From the sequence record NC_001895.1: a stretch of 33,593 nt of DNA; one strand, given 5' to 3'. Positions 1-9,438 of this stretch are shown here, piece by piece. The position numbers and the translations under genes are program-made. The DNA is from Bacteriophage P2. The notes beneath the pieces were generated by a model, which did no database searches, was not told where the DNA came from, and saw only the letters and a program-made list of their open reading frames with translations. Every line of letters starts with the position of its first letter. Within the stretch, counting starts at the first letter, position 1.

Positions 1-19
1 GGCGAGGCGGGGAAAGCAC
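1..19 (+). repeat. cos: Left cohesive-end (cos) sequence; identical 19 nt recurs at 33575-33593
   Basis: Exact 19-nt identity GGCGAGGCGGGGAAAGCAC at both window termini; P2-type phages have 19-nt 5' cohesive ends. Confidence 0.8.
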
Positions 20-159
20 TGCGCGCTGACGGTGGTGCTGATTGTATTTTTTCAGCGTCTCAGCGCGTCGTGACGGCACTTAGTCTGCCCGTTGAGGCGT
101 TGTGTGTCTGCGGGGTGTTTTGTGCGGTGGTGAGCGTGTGAGGGGGGATGACGGGGTGT

Positions 160-181
160 AAAAAAGCCGCCCGCAGGCGGC
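160..181 (-). terminator. Rho-independent terminator downstream of Q (minus-strand transcript)
   Basis: GC stem GCCGCC(166-171)/GGCGGC(176-181), 4-nt loop, followed on the minus strand by a run of U (A-run 160-165 on plus); lies just after the Q stop. Confidence 0.6.
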
Positions 182-186
182 GATGT

Positions 187-1221
187 TCAGTCGTTGTCAG
201 TGTCCAGTGAGTAGTTTTTAAAGCGGATGACCTCCTGACCGAGCCAGCCGTTTATCTCGCGGATCCTGTCCTGTAACGGGATAAGCTCATTGCGGACAAA
301 GACCTTTGCCACTTTCTCAATATCACCCAGCGACCCGACGTTCTCCGGCTTGCCACCCATCAACTGAAAGGGGATGCGGTGCGCGTCCAGCAGGTCAGCG
401 GCGCTGGCTTTTTTGATATTAAAAAAATCGTCCTTCGTCGCCACTTCACTGAGGGGGATAATTTTAATGCCGTCGGCTTTCCCCTGTGGGGCATAGAGAA
501 ACAGGTTTTTAAAGTTGTTGCGGCCTTTCGACTTGACCATGTTTTCGCGAAGCATTTCGATATCGTTGCGATCCTGCACGGCATCGGTGACATACATGAT
601 GTATCCGGCATGTGCGCCATTTTCGTAATACTTGCGGCGGAACAACGTGGCCGACTCATTCAGCCAGGCAGAGTTAAGGGCGCTGAGATATTCCGGCAGG
701 CCGTACAGCTCCTGATTAATATCCGGCTCCAGCAGGTGAAACACGGAGCCGGGCGCGAAGGCTGTCGGCTCGTTGAAGGACGGCACCCACCAGTAAACAT
801 CCTCTTCCACGCCACGGCGGGTATATTTTGCCGGTGAGGTTTCCAGTCTGATGACCTTACCGGTGGTGCTGTAACGCTTTTCCAGAAACGCATTACCGAA
901 CACCAGAAAATCCAGCACAAAGCGGCTGAAATCCTGCTGGGAAAGCCATGGATGCGGGATAAATGTCGAGGCCAGAATATTGCGTTTGACGTAAATCGGC
1001 GAGCTGTGATGCACGGCAGCCCGCAGGCTTTTTGCCAGACCGGTAAAGCTGACCGGTGGCTCATACCATCTGCCGTTACTGATGCACTCGACGTAATCCA
1101 GAATGTCACGGCGGTCGAGTACCGGCACCGGCTCACCAAAGGTGAATGCCTCCATTTTCGGGCCGCTGGCGGTCATTGTTTTTGCCGCAGGTTGCGGTGT
1201 TTTCCCTTTTTTCTTGCTCAT
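187..1221 (-). CDS. Q: Portal protein (capsid portal vertex)
   Basis: 344-aa ORF, first gene inside left cos on minus strand, ATG at 1219-1221 overlapping P stop; length and position match P2 gpQ. Confidence 0.9.
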   Translation of the reverse strand: MSKKKGKTPQPAAKTMTASGPKMEAFTFGEPVPVLDRRDILDYVECISNGRWYEPPVSFTGLAKSLRAAVHHSSPIYVKRNILASTFIPHPWLSQQDFSRFVLDFLVFGNAFLEKRYSTTGKVIRLETSPAKYTRRGVEEDVYWWVPSFNEPTAFAPGSVFHLLEPDINQELYGLPEYLSALNSAWLNESATLFRRKYYENGAHAGYIMYVTDAVQDRNDIEMLRENMVKSKGRNNFKNLFLYAPQGKADGIKIIPLSEVATKDDFFNIKKASAADLLDAHRIPFQLMGGKPENVGSLGDIEKVAKVFVRNELIPLQDRIREINGWLGQEVIRFKNYSLDTDND

Positions 1222-2993
1222 CAGTAAAACTCCAGAATGGTGGATGTCAGCGGGGTGCTGATACCGGCGGTGAGTGGCTCATTTAACAGGGCGTGCATGG
1301 TCGCCCAGGCGAGGTCGGCGTGGCTGGCTTCCTCGCTGCGGCTGGCCTCATAGGTGGCGCTGCGTCCGCTGCTGGTCATGGTCTTGCGGATAGCCATAAA
1401 CGAGCTGGTGATGTCGGTGGCGCTGACGTCGTATTCCAGACAGCCACGGCGGATAACGTCTTTTGCCTTGAGCACCATTGCGGTTTTCATTTCCGGCGTG
1501 TAGCGGATATCACGCGCGGCGGGATAGAACGAGCGCACGAGCTGGAACACGCCGACACCGAGGCCGGTGGCATCAATACCGATGTATTCGACGTTGTATT
1601 TTTCGGTGAGTTTGCGGATGGATTCCGCCTGGGTGGCAAAGTCCATGCCTTTCCACTGGTGACGCTCAAGTATTCTGAATTTGCCACCGGCCACCACCGG
1701 CGGTGCCAGTACCACGCATCCGGCGCTGTCGCCACGGTGTGACGGGTCGTAACCAATCCATACCGGGCGGGAGCCGAACGGATTGGCGGCAAACGGCGCA
1801 TAGTCTTCCCATTCTTCCAGCGTGTCGACCATGCAGCGTTGCAGCTCCTCGAACGGGAACACCGATGCCTTGTCGTCAACAAATTCACACATGAACAGGT
1901 TTTTAAAATCGTCGGCGCTGTTTTCGCGTTTGAGCTGCTCAATGTCGAACAGCGTGCAGCCGCCTTTCAGGGCGTCCTCAATGGTGACAATCTGTCGCCA
2001 CTGGCCGTCCGCACAGAGAAGCCCACCGGCAAGGGCGTTATGACTGACGTCGATTTCCACGCGTTCGGCGGCGCTGGCGCGTCCCCGGTTAAACAGTTCA
2101 CCCGACCAGAACGGGTAGGCGTCGTGCGCCAGCGTGGACGGGGTGGAGAAATAGGTCGAGCGCAGGTGACTCTGTGAGGCCATACCTGATGCCACCTTAC
2201 GCAGTACCTGAAAATTCGGGATCCAGAAAATCTCATCGACGTACAGGTCGCCGTTATGACTCTGCGCGGTGTTGGAGTTGGTGCCGAGAAAAATCAGTTT
2301 TGCGCCGTTATTGCCCAGGACAATCGGGTCACCGGTCAGGTCAACGTCAACCAGACGGGCAAAGGCGATGATGTATTCGCGGAACACATACGCCTGTGTT
2401 TTACTGGCCGACAGAAAAATCTGGTTATGACCGGTTTTCAGGGCACGCAGCAGCGCCTCGCGGGAAAAATAAAACGTCGCGCCAATCTGGCGGGATTTCA
2501 GGATATCGCGGATGCGGTGCTCAAGCCCGGCACGATACCAGTGCAGCTGATAGTCGAAAGACTGCTCAAAGAAAATCTGCTCCAGCTTTTCGATGGCCTC
2601 GTCACTGAAAAAATTCTTTTTCGGTTTGCGCCGTCCGCCTTTGTTACGGTTAGCGACGTTCGGATTAAGGTCTGCCTCGTTGCCGGTCTGGCTGTAGCGG
2701 TTGACCCGTGCCAGTCGTTCAATCTGGCGTCCCAGCAGGTCAATTTCCTTGAAGTCACCGCCGGTTTTCTGTGGTTTGATGATGAGCTGGGTCAGCCGCG
2801 CTTCCAGACTCATTTCGACACGGCTGATGGGGGCAACGCTGTCCCAGCCGTCGCGCTGTTTCCAGCTCTGCACTGTCGGGCGTTTCATCTGCAACATGGC
2901 GGCAATCTGCGGCACGGAAAACCCCTGCCAGTACAGCAGCGCCGCCTGACGACGCGGGTCGTGTAAAAGAGTGGTGTCTGTGGTGATGGTCAT
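1221..2993 (-). CDS. P: Terminase large (ATPase) subunit
   Basis: ORF track begins at a TTG (3023); ATG at 2993 preceded by GAGGT RBS gives 590 aa (MTITTDTTLL...), the expected gpP length. Confidence 0.9.
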   Translation of the reverse strand: MTITTDTTLLHDPRRQAALLYWQGFSVPQIAAMLQMKRPTVQSWKQRDGWDSVAPISRVEMSLEARLTQLIIKPQKTGGDFKEIDLLGRQIERLARVNRYSQTGNEADLNPNVANRNKGGRRKPKKNFFSDEAIEKLEQIFFEQSFDYQLHWYRAGLEHRIRDILKSRQIGATFYFSREALLRALKTGHNQIFLSASKTQAYVFREYIIAFARLVDVDLTGDPIVLGNNGAKLIFLGTNSNTAQSHNGDLYVDEIFWIPNFQVLRKVASGMASQSHLRSTYFSTPSTLAHDAYPFWSGELFNRGRASAAERVEIDVSHNALAGGLLCADGQWRQIVTIEDALKGGCTLFDIEQLKRENSADDFKNLFMCEFVDDKASVFPFEELQRCMVDTLEEWEDYAPFAANPFGSRPVWIGYDPSHRGDSAGCVVLAPPVVAGGKFRILERHQWKGMDFATQAESIRKLTEKYNVEYIGIDATGLGVGVFQLVRSFYPAARDIRYTPEMKTAMVLKAKDVIRRGCLEYDVSATDITSSFMAIRKTMTSSGRSATYEASRSEEASHADLAWATMHALLNEPLTAGISTPLTSTILEFY

Positions 2994-3023
2994 GAATACC
3001 TCGCCGTGATGAATACACGGCAA

Positions 3024-3166
3024 GGCTACTGAGTCGCGCCCCGCGATTCGCTAAGGTGCTGTTGTGTCAGTGATAAGCCATCCGGGACTGATGGCGGAGG
3101 ATGCGCATCGTCGGGAAACTGATGCCGACATGTGACTCCTCTAATCACTATTCAGGACTCCTGACA
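3024..3166. promoter_or_regulatory. Divergent intergenic region between P and O; expected location of divergent late promoters
   Basis: 143-bp gap between divergently transcribed P and O operons; in P2-type phages Ogr-dependent late promoters lie here; no exact activator dyad could be placed by eye. Confidence 0.4.
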
Positions 3167-4021
3167 ATGGCAAAAAAAGTCTCAAAATTCTTTCGTATCG
3201 GCGTTGAGGGTGACACCTGTGACGGGCGTGTCATCAGTGCGCAGGATATTCAGGAAATGGCCGAAACCTTTGACCCGCGTGTCTATGGTTGCCGCATTAA
3301 CCTGGAACATCTGCGCGGCATCCTGCCTGACGGTATTTTTAAGCGTTATGGCGATGTGGCCGAACTGAAGGCCGAAAAGATTGACGATGATTCGGCGCTG
3401 AAAGGCAAATGGGCGCTGTTTGCGAAAATCACCCCGACCGATGACCTTATCGCGATGAACAAGGCCGCGCAGAAGGTCTACACCTCAATGGAAATTCAGC
3501 CGAACTTTGCCAACACCGGCAAATGTTATCTGGTGGGTCTGGCCGTCACCGATGACCCGGCAAGCCTCGGCACGGAATACCTGGAATTCTGCCGCACGGC
3601 AAAACACAACCCCCTGAACCGCTTCAAATTAAGCCCTGAAAACCTGATTTCAGTGGCAACGCCTGTTGAGCTGGAATTTGAAGACCTGCCTGAAACCGTG
3701 TTCACCGCCCTGACCGAAAAGGTGAAGTCCATTTTTGGCCGCAAACAGGCCAGCGATGATGCCCGTCTGAATGACGTGCATGAAGCGGTGACCGCTGTTG
3801 CTGAACATGTGCAGGAAAAACTGAGCGCCACTGAGCAGCGCCTCGCTGAGATGGAAACCGCCTTTTCTGCACTTAAGCAGGAGGTGACTGACAGGGCGGA
3901 TGAAACCAGCCAGGCATTCACCCGCCTGAAAAACAGTCTCGACCACACCGAAAGTCTGACCCAGCAGCGCCGCAGCAAAGCCACCGGCGGTGGCGGTGAC
4001 GCCCTGATGACGAACTGCTGA
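3167..4021 (+). CDS. O: Capsid scaffolding protein
   Basis: Internal ATG at 3167 (MAKKVSKFF...) gives 284 aa; coiled-coil-like C-terminal half; position between terminase and major capsid genes. Confidence 0.9.
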   Translation: MAKKVSKFFRIGVEGDTCDGRVISAQDIQEMAETFDPRVYGCRINLEHLRGILPDGIFKRYGDVAELKAEKIDDDSALKGKWALFAKITPTDDLIAMNKAAQKVYTSMEIQPNFANTGKCYLVGLAVTDDPASLGTEYLEFCRTAKHNPLNRFKLSPENLISVATPVELEFEDLPETVFTALTEKVKSIFGRKQASDDARLNDVHEAVTAVAEHVQEKLSATEQRLAEMETAFSALKQEVTDRADETSQAFTRLKNSLDHTESLTQQRRSKATGGGGDALMTNC

Positions 4022-4079
4022 CCGGCGTCAGTCAGTCCGGGAAAACCTTCACGATTAACCCTTAATTTCAGGAAAAACT

Positions 4080-5153
4080 ATGCGCCAGGAAACCCGCTTT
4101 AAATTTAATGCCTACCTGTCCCGTGTTGCCGAACTGAACGGCATCGACGCCGGTGATGTGTCGAAAAAATTCACCGTTGAACCGTCGGTCACCCAGACCC
4201 TGATGAACACCATGCAGGAGTCCTCTGACTTTCTGACCCGCATCAATATTGTGCCGGTCAGCGAAATGAAAGGGGAAAAAATTGGTATCGGTGTCACCGG
4301 CTCCATCGCCAGCACTACCGACACTGCCGGTGGTACCGAGCGTCAGCCGAAGGACTTCTCGAAGCTGGCGTCAAACAAGTACGAATGCGACCAGATTAAC
4401 TTCGATTTTTATATCCGCTACAAAACGCTGGACCTGTGGGCGCGTTATCAGGATTTCCAGCTCCGTATCCGTAACGCCATTATCAAACGCCAGTCCCTTG
4501 ATTTCATCATGGCCGGTTTTAACGGCGTGAAGCGTGCCGAAACCTCTGACCGCAGCAGCAATCCGATGTTGCAGGATGTGGCGGTCGGCTGGCTGCAGAA
4601 ATACCGCAATGAAGCACCGGCGCGCGTGATGAGCAAGGTCACTGACGAGGAAGGCCGCACCACCTCTGAGGTTATCCGCGTGGGTAAGGGCGGTGATTAT
4701 GCCAGCCTTGATGCACTGGTGATGGATGCGACCAACAACCTGATTGAACCGTGGTATCAGGAAGACCCTGACCTTGTGGTGATTGTGGGGCGTCAGCTAC
4801 TGGCGGACAAGTATTTCCCCATCGTCAACAAGGAGCAGGACAACAGCGAAATGCTGGCCGCTGACGTCATCATCAGCCAGAAACGCATCGGTAACCTACC
4901 AGCGGTACGCGTCCCGTACTTCCCGGCGGATGCGATGCTCATCACGAAGCTGGAAAACCTGTCCATCTACTACATGGATGACAGCCATCGCCGCGTGATT
5001 GAGGAAAACCCGAAACTCGACCGCGTGGAGAACTACGAGTCAATGAACATTGATTACGTGGTGGAAGACTACGCCGCCGGTTGTCTGGTGGAAAAAATCA
5101 AGGTCGGTGACTTCTCCACACCGGCTAAGGCGACCGCAGAGCCGGGAGCGTAA
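4080..5153 (+). CDS. N: Major capsid protein
   Basis: 357-aa ORF immediately after scaffold gene; length matches P2 gpN. Confidence 0.9.
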   Translation: MRQETRFKFNAYLSRVAELNGIDAGDVSKKFTVEPSVTQTLMNTMQESSDFLTRINIVPVSEMKGEKIGIGVTGSIASTTDTAGGTERQPKDFSKLASNKYECDQINFDFYIRYKTLDLWARYQDFQLRIRNAIIKRQSLDFIMAGFNGVKRAETSDRSSNPMLQDVAVGWLQKYRNEAPARVMSKVTDEEGRTTSEVIRVGKGGDYASLDALVMDATNNLIEPWYQEDPDLVVIVGRQLLADKYFPIVNKEQDNSEMLAADVIISQKRIGNLPAVRVPYFPADAMLITKLENLSIYYMDDSHRRVIEENPKLDRVENYESMNIDYVVEDYAAGCLVEKIKVGDFSTPAKATAEPGA

Positions 5154-5156
5154 CCG

Positions 5157-5900
5157 ATGACGAGTCCCGCACAGCGCCACATGATGCGGGTCTCGGCAGC
5201 GATGACCGCGCAGCGGGAAGCCGCCCCGCTGCGACATGCAACTGTCTATGAGCAGATGCTGGTTAAGCTCGCCGCAGACCAGCGCACACTGAAAGCGATT
5301 TACTCAAAAGAGCTGAAGGCCGCAAAAAAACGCGAACTGCTGCCGTTCTGGTTGCCGTGGGTGAACGGCGTGCTGGAGCTGGGCAAAGGTGCACAGGATG
5401 ACATTCTGATGACGGTCATGCTGTGGCGTCTGGATACCGGCGATATTGCCGGTGCGCTGGAGATTGCCCGTTATGCCCTGAAGTACGGTCTGACCATGCC
5501 GGGTAAACACCGCCGTACCCCGCCGTACATGTTCACCGAGGAGGTAGCGCTTGCGGCCATGCGCGCTCACGCTGCCGGTGAGTCTGTGGATACCCGCCTG
5601 CTGACGGAGACCCTTGAACTGACCGCCACGGCTGACATGCCTGATGAAGTGCGCGCAAAGCTGCACAAAATCACCGGTCTGTTTCTGCGTGACGGTGGTG
5701 ATGCCGCCGGTGCGCTGGCGCACCTGCAACGTGCGACACAGCTCGACTGTCAGGCAGGCGTCAAAAAAGAGATTGAACGACTGGAGCGGGAGCTGAAACC
5801 GAAGCCGGAGCCGCAGCCCAAAGCGGCCACCCGCGCCCCGCGTAAGACCCGGAGCGTGACACCGGCAAAACGTGGACGCCCGAAAAAGAAAGCCAGTTAA
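5157..5900 (+). CDS. M: Terminase small (endonuclease/DNA-recognition) subunit
   Basis: 247-aa ORF after capsid gene; Lys/Pro/Arg-rich basic C-terminal tail (KPKPEPQPKAATRAPRKTR...GRPKKKAS). Confidence 0.85.
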   Translation: MTSPAQRHMMRVSAAMTAQREAAPLRHATVYEQMLVKLAADQRTLKAIYSKELKAAKKRELLPFWLPWVNGVLELGKGAQDDILMTVMLWRLDTGDIAGALEIARYALKYGLTMPGKHRRTPPYMFTEEVALAAMRAHAAGESVDTRLLTETLELTATADMPDEVRAKLHKITGLFLRDGGDAAGALAHLQRATQLDCQAGVKKEIERLERELKPKPEPQPKAATRAPRKTRSVTPAKRGRPKKKAS

Positions 5901-5999
5901 CAACCGAATGCGCCCCGCGCCAGGGCGGCACGCCGGTCAGTGACGGTGAATCACCTGACACTGCACCGGCGTCCACCGCCCGACTTTTCAGAGGTAGTC

Positions 6000-6509
6000 A
6001 TGATGACGCTGATTATTCCGCGAAAGGAGGCTCCCGTGTCCGGTGAGGGTACGGTGGTCATCCCGCAACCGGCAGGCGACGAGCCGGTGATTAAAAACAC
6101 GTTCTTTTTTCCCGATATCGACCCGAAGCGCGTCCGGGAACGTATGCGCCTTGAGCAGACCGTCGCCCCCGCCCGTCTGCGTGAGGCCATCAAGTCAGGC
6201 ATGGCTGAAACGAATGCGGAGCTGTACGAGTACCGCGAACAGAAAATTGCCGCCGGTTTTACGCGTCTGGCTGACGTCCCGGCGGACGATATCGACGGTG
6301 AAAGCATCAAGGTTTTTTACTACGAGCGCGCCGTGTGTGCGATGGCGACCGCGTCGCTTTATGAGCGTTATCGCGGTGTGGATGCCAGTGCGAAAGGCGA
6401 CAAGAAGGCTGACAGCATTGACAGCACCATTGATGAGCTGTGGCGGGATATGCGCTGGGCGGTGGCGCGCATCCAGGGCAAGCCGCGCTGCATCGTGAGT
6501 CAAATCTGA
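6000..6509 (+). CDS. L: Head completion/stabilisation protein
   Basis: ATG pair at 6000/6003 (MMTLIIP...) gives about 169-170 aa; stop TGA overlaps the X start (ATGA at 6507-6511). Confidence 0.85.
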   Translation: MMTLIIPRKEAPVSGEGTVVIPQPAGDEPVIKNTFFFPDIDPKRVRERMRLEQTVAPARLREAIKSGMAETNAELYEYREQKIAAGFTRLADVPADDIDGESIKVFYYERAVCAMATASLYERYRGVDASAKGDKKADSIDSTIDELWRDMRWAVARIQGKPRCIVSQI

Positions 6510-6712
6510 TGAAGACCTTTGCGCTACAGGGCGACACGCTCGACGCCATTTGTGTCCGCTATTACGGGCGCACTGAGGGCGTGGTTGAGACCGTGCTCGC
6601 CGCAAATCCGGGACTGGCTGAACTGGGGGCGGTGCTGCCACACGGCACCGCCGTCGAACTGCCCGACGTTCAGACCGCGCCCGTGGCTGAAACTGTCAAT
6701 CTGTGGGAGTAA
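6509..6712 (+). CDS. X: Tail protein X (small LysM-like protein)
   Basis: 67-aa ORF from ATG 6509 (MKTFALQGDTLDAICVRYYG...); ORF-track upstream extension overlaps L and is rejected. Confidence 0.8.
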   Translation: MKTFALQGDTLDAICVRYYGRTEGVVETVLAANPGLAELGAVLPHGTAVELPDVQTAPVAETVNLWE

Positions 6713-6715
6713 CGC

Positions 6716-6997
6716 ATGACAGCAGAAGAAAAAAGCGTCCTGTCGCTTTTCATGATTGGGGTGCTGATTGTTGTCGGCAAGGTGCTTGCCGGTGGTGAAC
6801 CTATCACCCCGCGTCTGTTTATCGGGCGCATGTTGCTCGGTGGTTTTGTCTCGATGGTTGCCGGTGTTGTTCTGGTGCAGTTTCCTGACCTGTCACTGCC
6901 AGCGGTGTGCGGCATCGGCTCCATGCTGGGTATCGCCGGTTATCAGGTGATTGAGATTGCCATTCAGCGCCGCTTTAAGGGCAGGGGGAAACAGTAA
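6716..6997 (+). CDS. Y: Holin
   Basis: 93-aa protein with hydrophobic transmembrane segments and charged C-terminus, directly upstream of the endolysin. Confidence 0.85.
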   Translation: MTAEEKSVLSLFMIGVLIVVGKVLAGGEPITPRLFIGRMLLGGFVSMVAGVVLVQFPDLSLPAVCGIGSMLGIAGYQVIEIAIQRRFKGRGKQ

Positions 6998-7494
6998 TGC
7001 CGGTAATTAACACGCATCAGAATATCGCCGCCTTTCTCGACATGCTGGCCGTGTCCGAAGGGACGGCGAATCATCCACTGACGAAAAACCGGGGCTATGA
7101 CGTGATAGTCACCGGACTGGACGGGAAGCCGGAAATTTTCACCGACTACAGTGACCACCCGTTCGCACATGGCCGACCGGCGAAGGTGTTTAACCGTCGC
7201 GGTGAAAAATCCACGGCCTCCGGTCGCTATCAGCAGCTTTACCTGTTCTGGCCGCATTACCGCAAACAGCTTGCCCTGCCGGATTTCAGTCCGTTGTCAC
7301 AGGACAGACTCGCCATTCAGTTGATCCGCGAACGCGGAGCACTGGATGACATCCGGGCGGGACGCATTGAGCGCGCCATTTCACGCTGTCGCAATATCTG
7401 GGCGTCCCTGCCGGGTGCCGGTTACGGTCAGCGTGAGCATTCACTGGAAAAACTGGTCACCGTCTGGCGTACCGCTGGCGGCGTACCGGCTTAA
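6997..7494 (+). CDS. K: Endolysin (lysozyme/transglycosylase family)
   Basis: 165-aa ORF following the holin, start overlapping the holin stop; length and position match P2 gpK. Confidence 0.85.
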   Translation: MPVINTHQNIAAFLDMLAVSEGTANHPLTKNRGYDVIVTGLDGKPEIFTDYSDHPFAHGRPAKVFNRRGEKSTASGRYQQLYLFWPHYRKQLALPDFSPLSQDRLAIQLIRERGALDDIRAGRIERAISRCRNIWASLPGAGYGQREHSLEKLVTVWRTAGGVPA

Positions 7495-7508
7495 ACGGAG
7501 TAAATACC

Positions 7509-7934
7509 ATGAAGAAATTATCCCTTTCACTGATGCTGAACGTGTCGCTGGCGCTGATGCTGGCACTGTCCCTGATTTACCCGCAGAGCGTGGCCGTCAA
7601 TTTTGTCGCTGCCTGGGCGATTCTGGCGACGGTTATCTGTGTGGTTGCCGGTGGTGTGGGCGTGTATGCCACTGAGTATGTGCTGGAACGCTACGGGCGG
7701 GAGCTGCCGCCGGAATCGCTGGCCGTGAAGATTGTCACGTCGCTGTTTTTGCAGCCGGTGCCGTGGCGCAGACGGGCGGCGGCTCTGGTAGTGGTGGTGG
7801 CGACGTTTATCTCGCTGGTCGCTGCCGGGTGGATTTTTACCGCGCTGATTTATCTTGTGGTGTCGCTGTTTTTCCGGCTGATACGTAAAGCCTGTCGTCA
7901 GCGTCTTGAGGGGCGGGAACCATGTCAAGGCTGA
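7509..7934 (+). CDS. lysA: Lysis accessory membrane protein LysA
   Basis: 141-aa highly hydrophobic protein with multiple predicted transmembrane helices in the lysis cassette. Confidence 0.8.
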   Translation: MKKLSLSLMLNVSLALMLALSLIYPQSVAVNFVAAWAILATVICVVAGGVGVYATEYVLERYGRELPPESLAVKIVTSLFLQPVPWRRRAAALVVVVATFISLVAAGWIFTALIYLVVSLFFRLIRKACRQRLEGREPCQG

Positions 7935-8347
7935 TGATTGTGCTGGTCGTGTTGTTATCGCTGGCGGTGGCCGGTCTGTTTCTGGTGAAACACAAAAATG
8001 CCAGCCTGCGCGCCTCGCTGGACAGGGCGAACAACGTCGCCAGCGGTCAGCAGACGACCATCACCATGCTGAAAAATCAGCTTCATGTTGCGCTCACCAG
8101 GGCAGATAAAAACGAGCTGGCGCAGGTGGCACTGCGTCAGGAACTGGAGAACGCCGCGAAACGTGAAGCACAGCGCGAGAAAACCATCACGAGGTTACTT
8201 AATGAGAACGAAGATTTTCGCCGCTGGTACGGTGCTGACCTGCCTGATGCTGTGCGCCGGTTGCACCAGCGCCCCGCCTGCACCGACGCCAGTGATTGTC
8301 CCCAACGCATGCCCGAAAGTGAGCCTTTGCCCGATGCCGGGCAGTGA
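7922..8347 (+). CDS. lysB: LysB, Rz-like inner-membrane spanin
   Basis: 141-aa ORF with N-terminal transmembrane helix and coiled-coil-like periplasmic region; contains the nested lysC start. Confidence 0.8.
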   Translation: MSRLMIVLVVLLSLAVAGLFLVKHKNASLRASLDRANNVASGQQTTITMLKNQLHVALTRADKNELAQVALRQELENAAKREAQREKTITRLLNENEDFRRWYGADLPDAVRRLHQRPACTDASDCPQRMPESEPLPDAGQ

Positions 8348-8492
8348 CCCGCAGACGAACGGCGATTTAAGTGCCGATATCCGGCAGCTTGAGAACGCGC
8401 TGGCACGCTGTGCCAGCCAGGTAAAAATGATTAAACACTGTCAGGACGAAAACGATGCTCAAACCCGACAGCCTGCGCAGGGCGCTGACTGA
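8202..8492 (+). CDS. lysC: LysC, Rz1-like outer-membrane lipoprotein spanin, nested in +1 frame of lysB and running into R
   Basis: ATG 8202 preceded by GAGG RBS; MRTKIFAAGTVLTCLMLCAGC... signal peptide with lipobox-like Cys; 96 aa; ORF-track start 8085 rejected. Confidence 0.7.
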   Translation: MRTKIFAAGTVLTCLMLCAGCTSAPPAPTPVIVPNACPKVSLCPMPGSDPQTNGDLSADIRQLENALARCASQVKMIKHCQDENDAQTRQPAQGAD

Positions 8493-8922
8493 TGCCGTCA
8501 CGGTGCTGAAAACTAACCCCGATATGCTGCGGATATTCGTGGATAACGGGAGTATTGCCTCCACACTGGCGGCGTCGCTGTCATTCGAAAAGCGTTACAC
8601 GCTCAATGTGATTGTGACCGACTTTACCGGTGATTTTGACCTGCTCATTGTGCCGGTGCTGGCGTGGCTGCGGGAAAATCAGCCCGACATCATGACCACC
8701 GACGAAGGCCAGAAAAAGGGCTTCACGTTTTATGCAGACATCAACAATGACAGCAGCTTTGATATCAGTATCAGCCTGATGCTGACCGAGCGCACGCTGG
8801 TCAGTGAGGTGGACGGCGCACTGCATGTGAAGAATATCTCGGAACCCCCGCCGCCGGAGCCGGTCACCCGCCCGATGGAGCTGTATATCAATGGCGAACT
8901 GGTGAGTAAGTGGGATGAATGA
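8455..8922 (+). CDS. R: Tail completion protein R
   Basis: 155-aa ORF at the expected position and length. Confidence 0.85.
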   Translation: MLKPDSLRRALTDAVTVLKTNPDMLRIFVDNGSIASTLAASLSFEKRYTLNVIVTDFTGDFDLLIVPVLAWLRENQPDIMTTDEGQKKGFTFYADINNDSSFDISISLMLTERTLVSEVDGALHVKNISEPPPPEPVTRPMELYINGELVSKWDE

Positions 8923-9367
8923 GTTTAAGCGTTTTGAAGACCGGCTGACCGGACTGATTGAATCGCTGTCACCGTCAGGGCGTCGGCGACTGAGTGCCGA
9001 ACTGGCGAAACGTCTGCGGCAGAGTCAGCAGCGTCGGGTGATGGCACAGAAAGCCCCGGACGGCACACCCTACGCGCCACGCCAGCAGCAGAGCGTCAGA
9101 AAAAAGACCGGTCGCGTTAAGCGAAAAATGTTTGCGAAACTTATTACCAGTCGTTTTTTGCATATCCGTGCCAGCCCGGAGCAGGCATCAATGGAATTTT
9201 ACGGCGGGAAGTCGCCGAAAATCGCCAGTGTGCATCAGTTTGGTCTGTCGGAAGAAAACCGGAAAGACGGTAAGAAAATTGATTATCCGGCGCGTCCCCT
9301 GCTCGGCTTTACCGGTGAGGATGTGCAGATGATTGAAGAGATTATCCTGGCTCACCTTGAGCGTTAG
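8915..9367 (+). CDS. S: Tail completion protein S
   Basis: 150-aa ORF overlapping the R stop; expected position and length. Confidence 0.85.
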   Translation: MNEFKRFEDRLTGLIESLSPSGRRRLSAELAKRLRQSQQRRVMAQKAPDGTPYAPRQQQSVRKKTGRVKRKMFAKLITSRFLHIRASPEQASMEFYGGKSPKIASVHQFGLSEENRKDGKKIDYPARPLLGFTGEDVQMIEEIILAHLER

Positions 9368-9396
9368 TTTTATCCAGGCAGAGGCTGATGCGCAAT

Positions 9397-9433
9397 TAAA
9401 CATTGAGCGGCCATGCTGGTCGCTCAATGTTTA
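9397..9433. terminator. Bidirectional hairpin between convergent S and the minus-strand island gene
   Basis: Perfect 13-bp inverted repeat TAAACATTGAGCG / CGCTCAATGTTTA (9397-9409 and 9421-9433) with 11-nt loop, between the S stop (9367) and the orf30 stop (9439). Confidence 0.6.
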
Positions 9434-9438
9434 GAGGT

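Noticed and set aside
1-186. Possible attL/attR-type prophage boundary or tRNA integration target at the window ends
   Set aside because: The termini are identical 19-nt cos ends and the intact attP-int module is internal; no tRNA-like cloverleaf sequence was recognised at either end.
360-1139. Several overlapping ORFs inside and antisense to the portal gene (360-659 minus, 379-837 plus, 660-1139 minus)
   Set aside because: They lie fully within the high-GC portal coding region in other frames and lack ribosome-binding sites; typical shadow ORFs of GC-rich coding DNA.
2256-2966. 236-aa plus-strand ORF antisense to the large terminase gene
   Set aside because: Entirely embedded antisense in a well-supported 590-aa gene; no independent start signals.
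3101-3166. Upstream extension of the scaffold gene in the ORF track (306-aa version)
   Set aside because: The ATG at 3167 gives the expected 284-aa product, and the extension would run through the divergent late promoter region.
5304-5903. 199-aa minus-strand ORF antisense to the small terminase gene
   Set aside because: Shadow ORF within the M coding region; Arg/Gly-rich composition typical of antisense translation of GC-rich DNA.
8085-8201. Upstream extension of the lysC ORF in the ORF track (135-aa version)
   Set aside because: The extension has no RBS and no signal peptide; the internal ATG at 8202 has both, so the 96-aa product is preferred.
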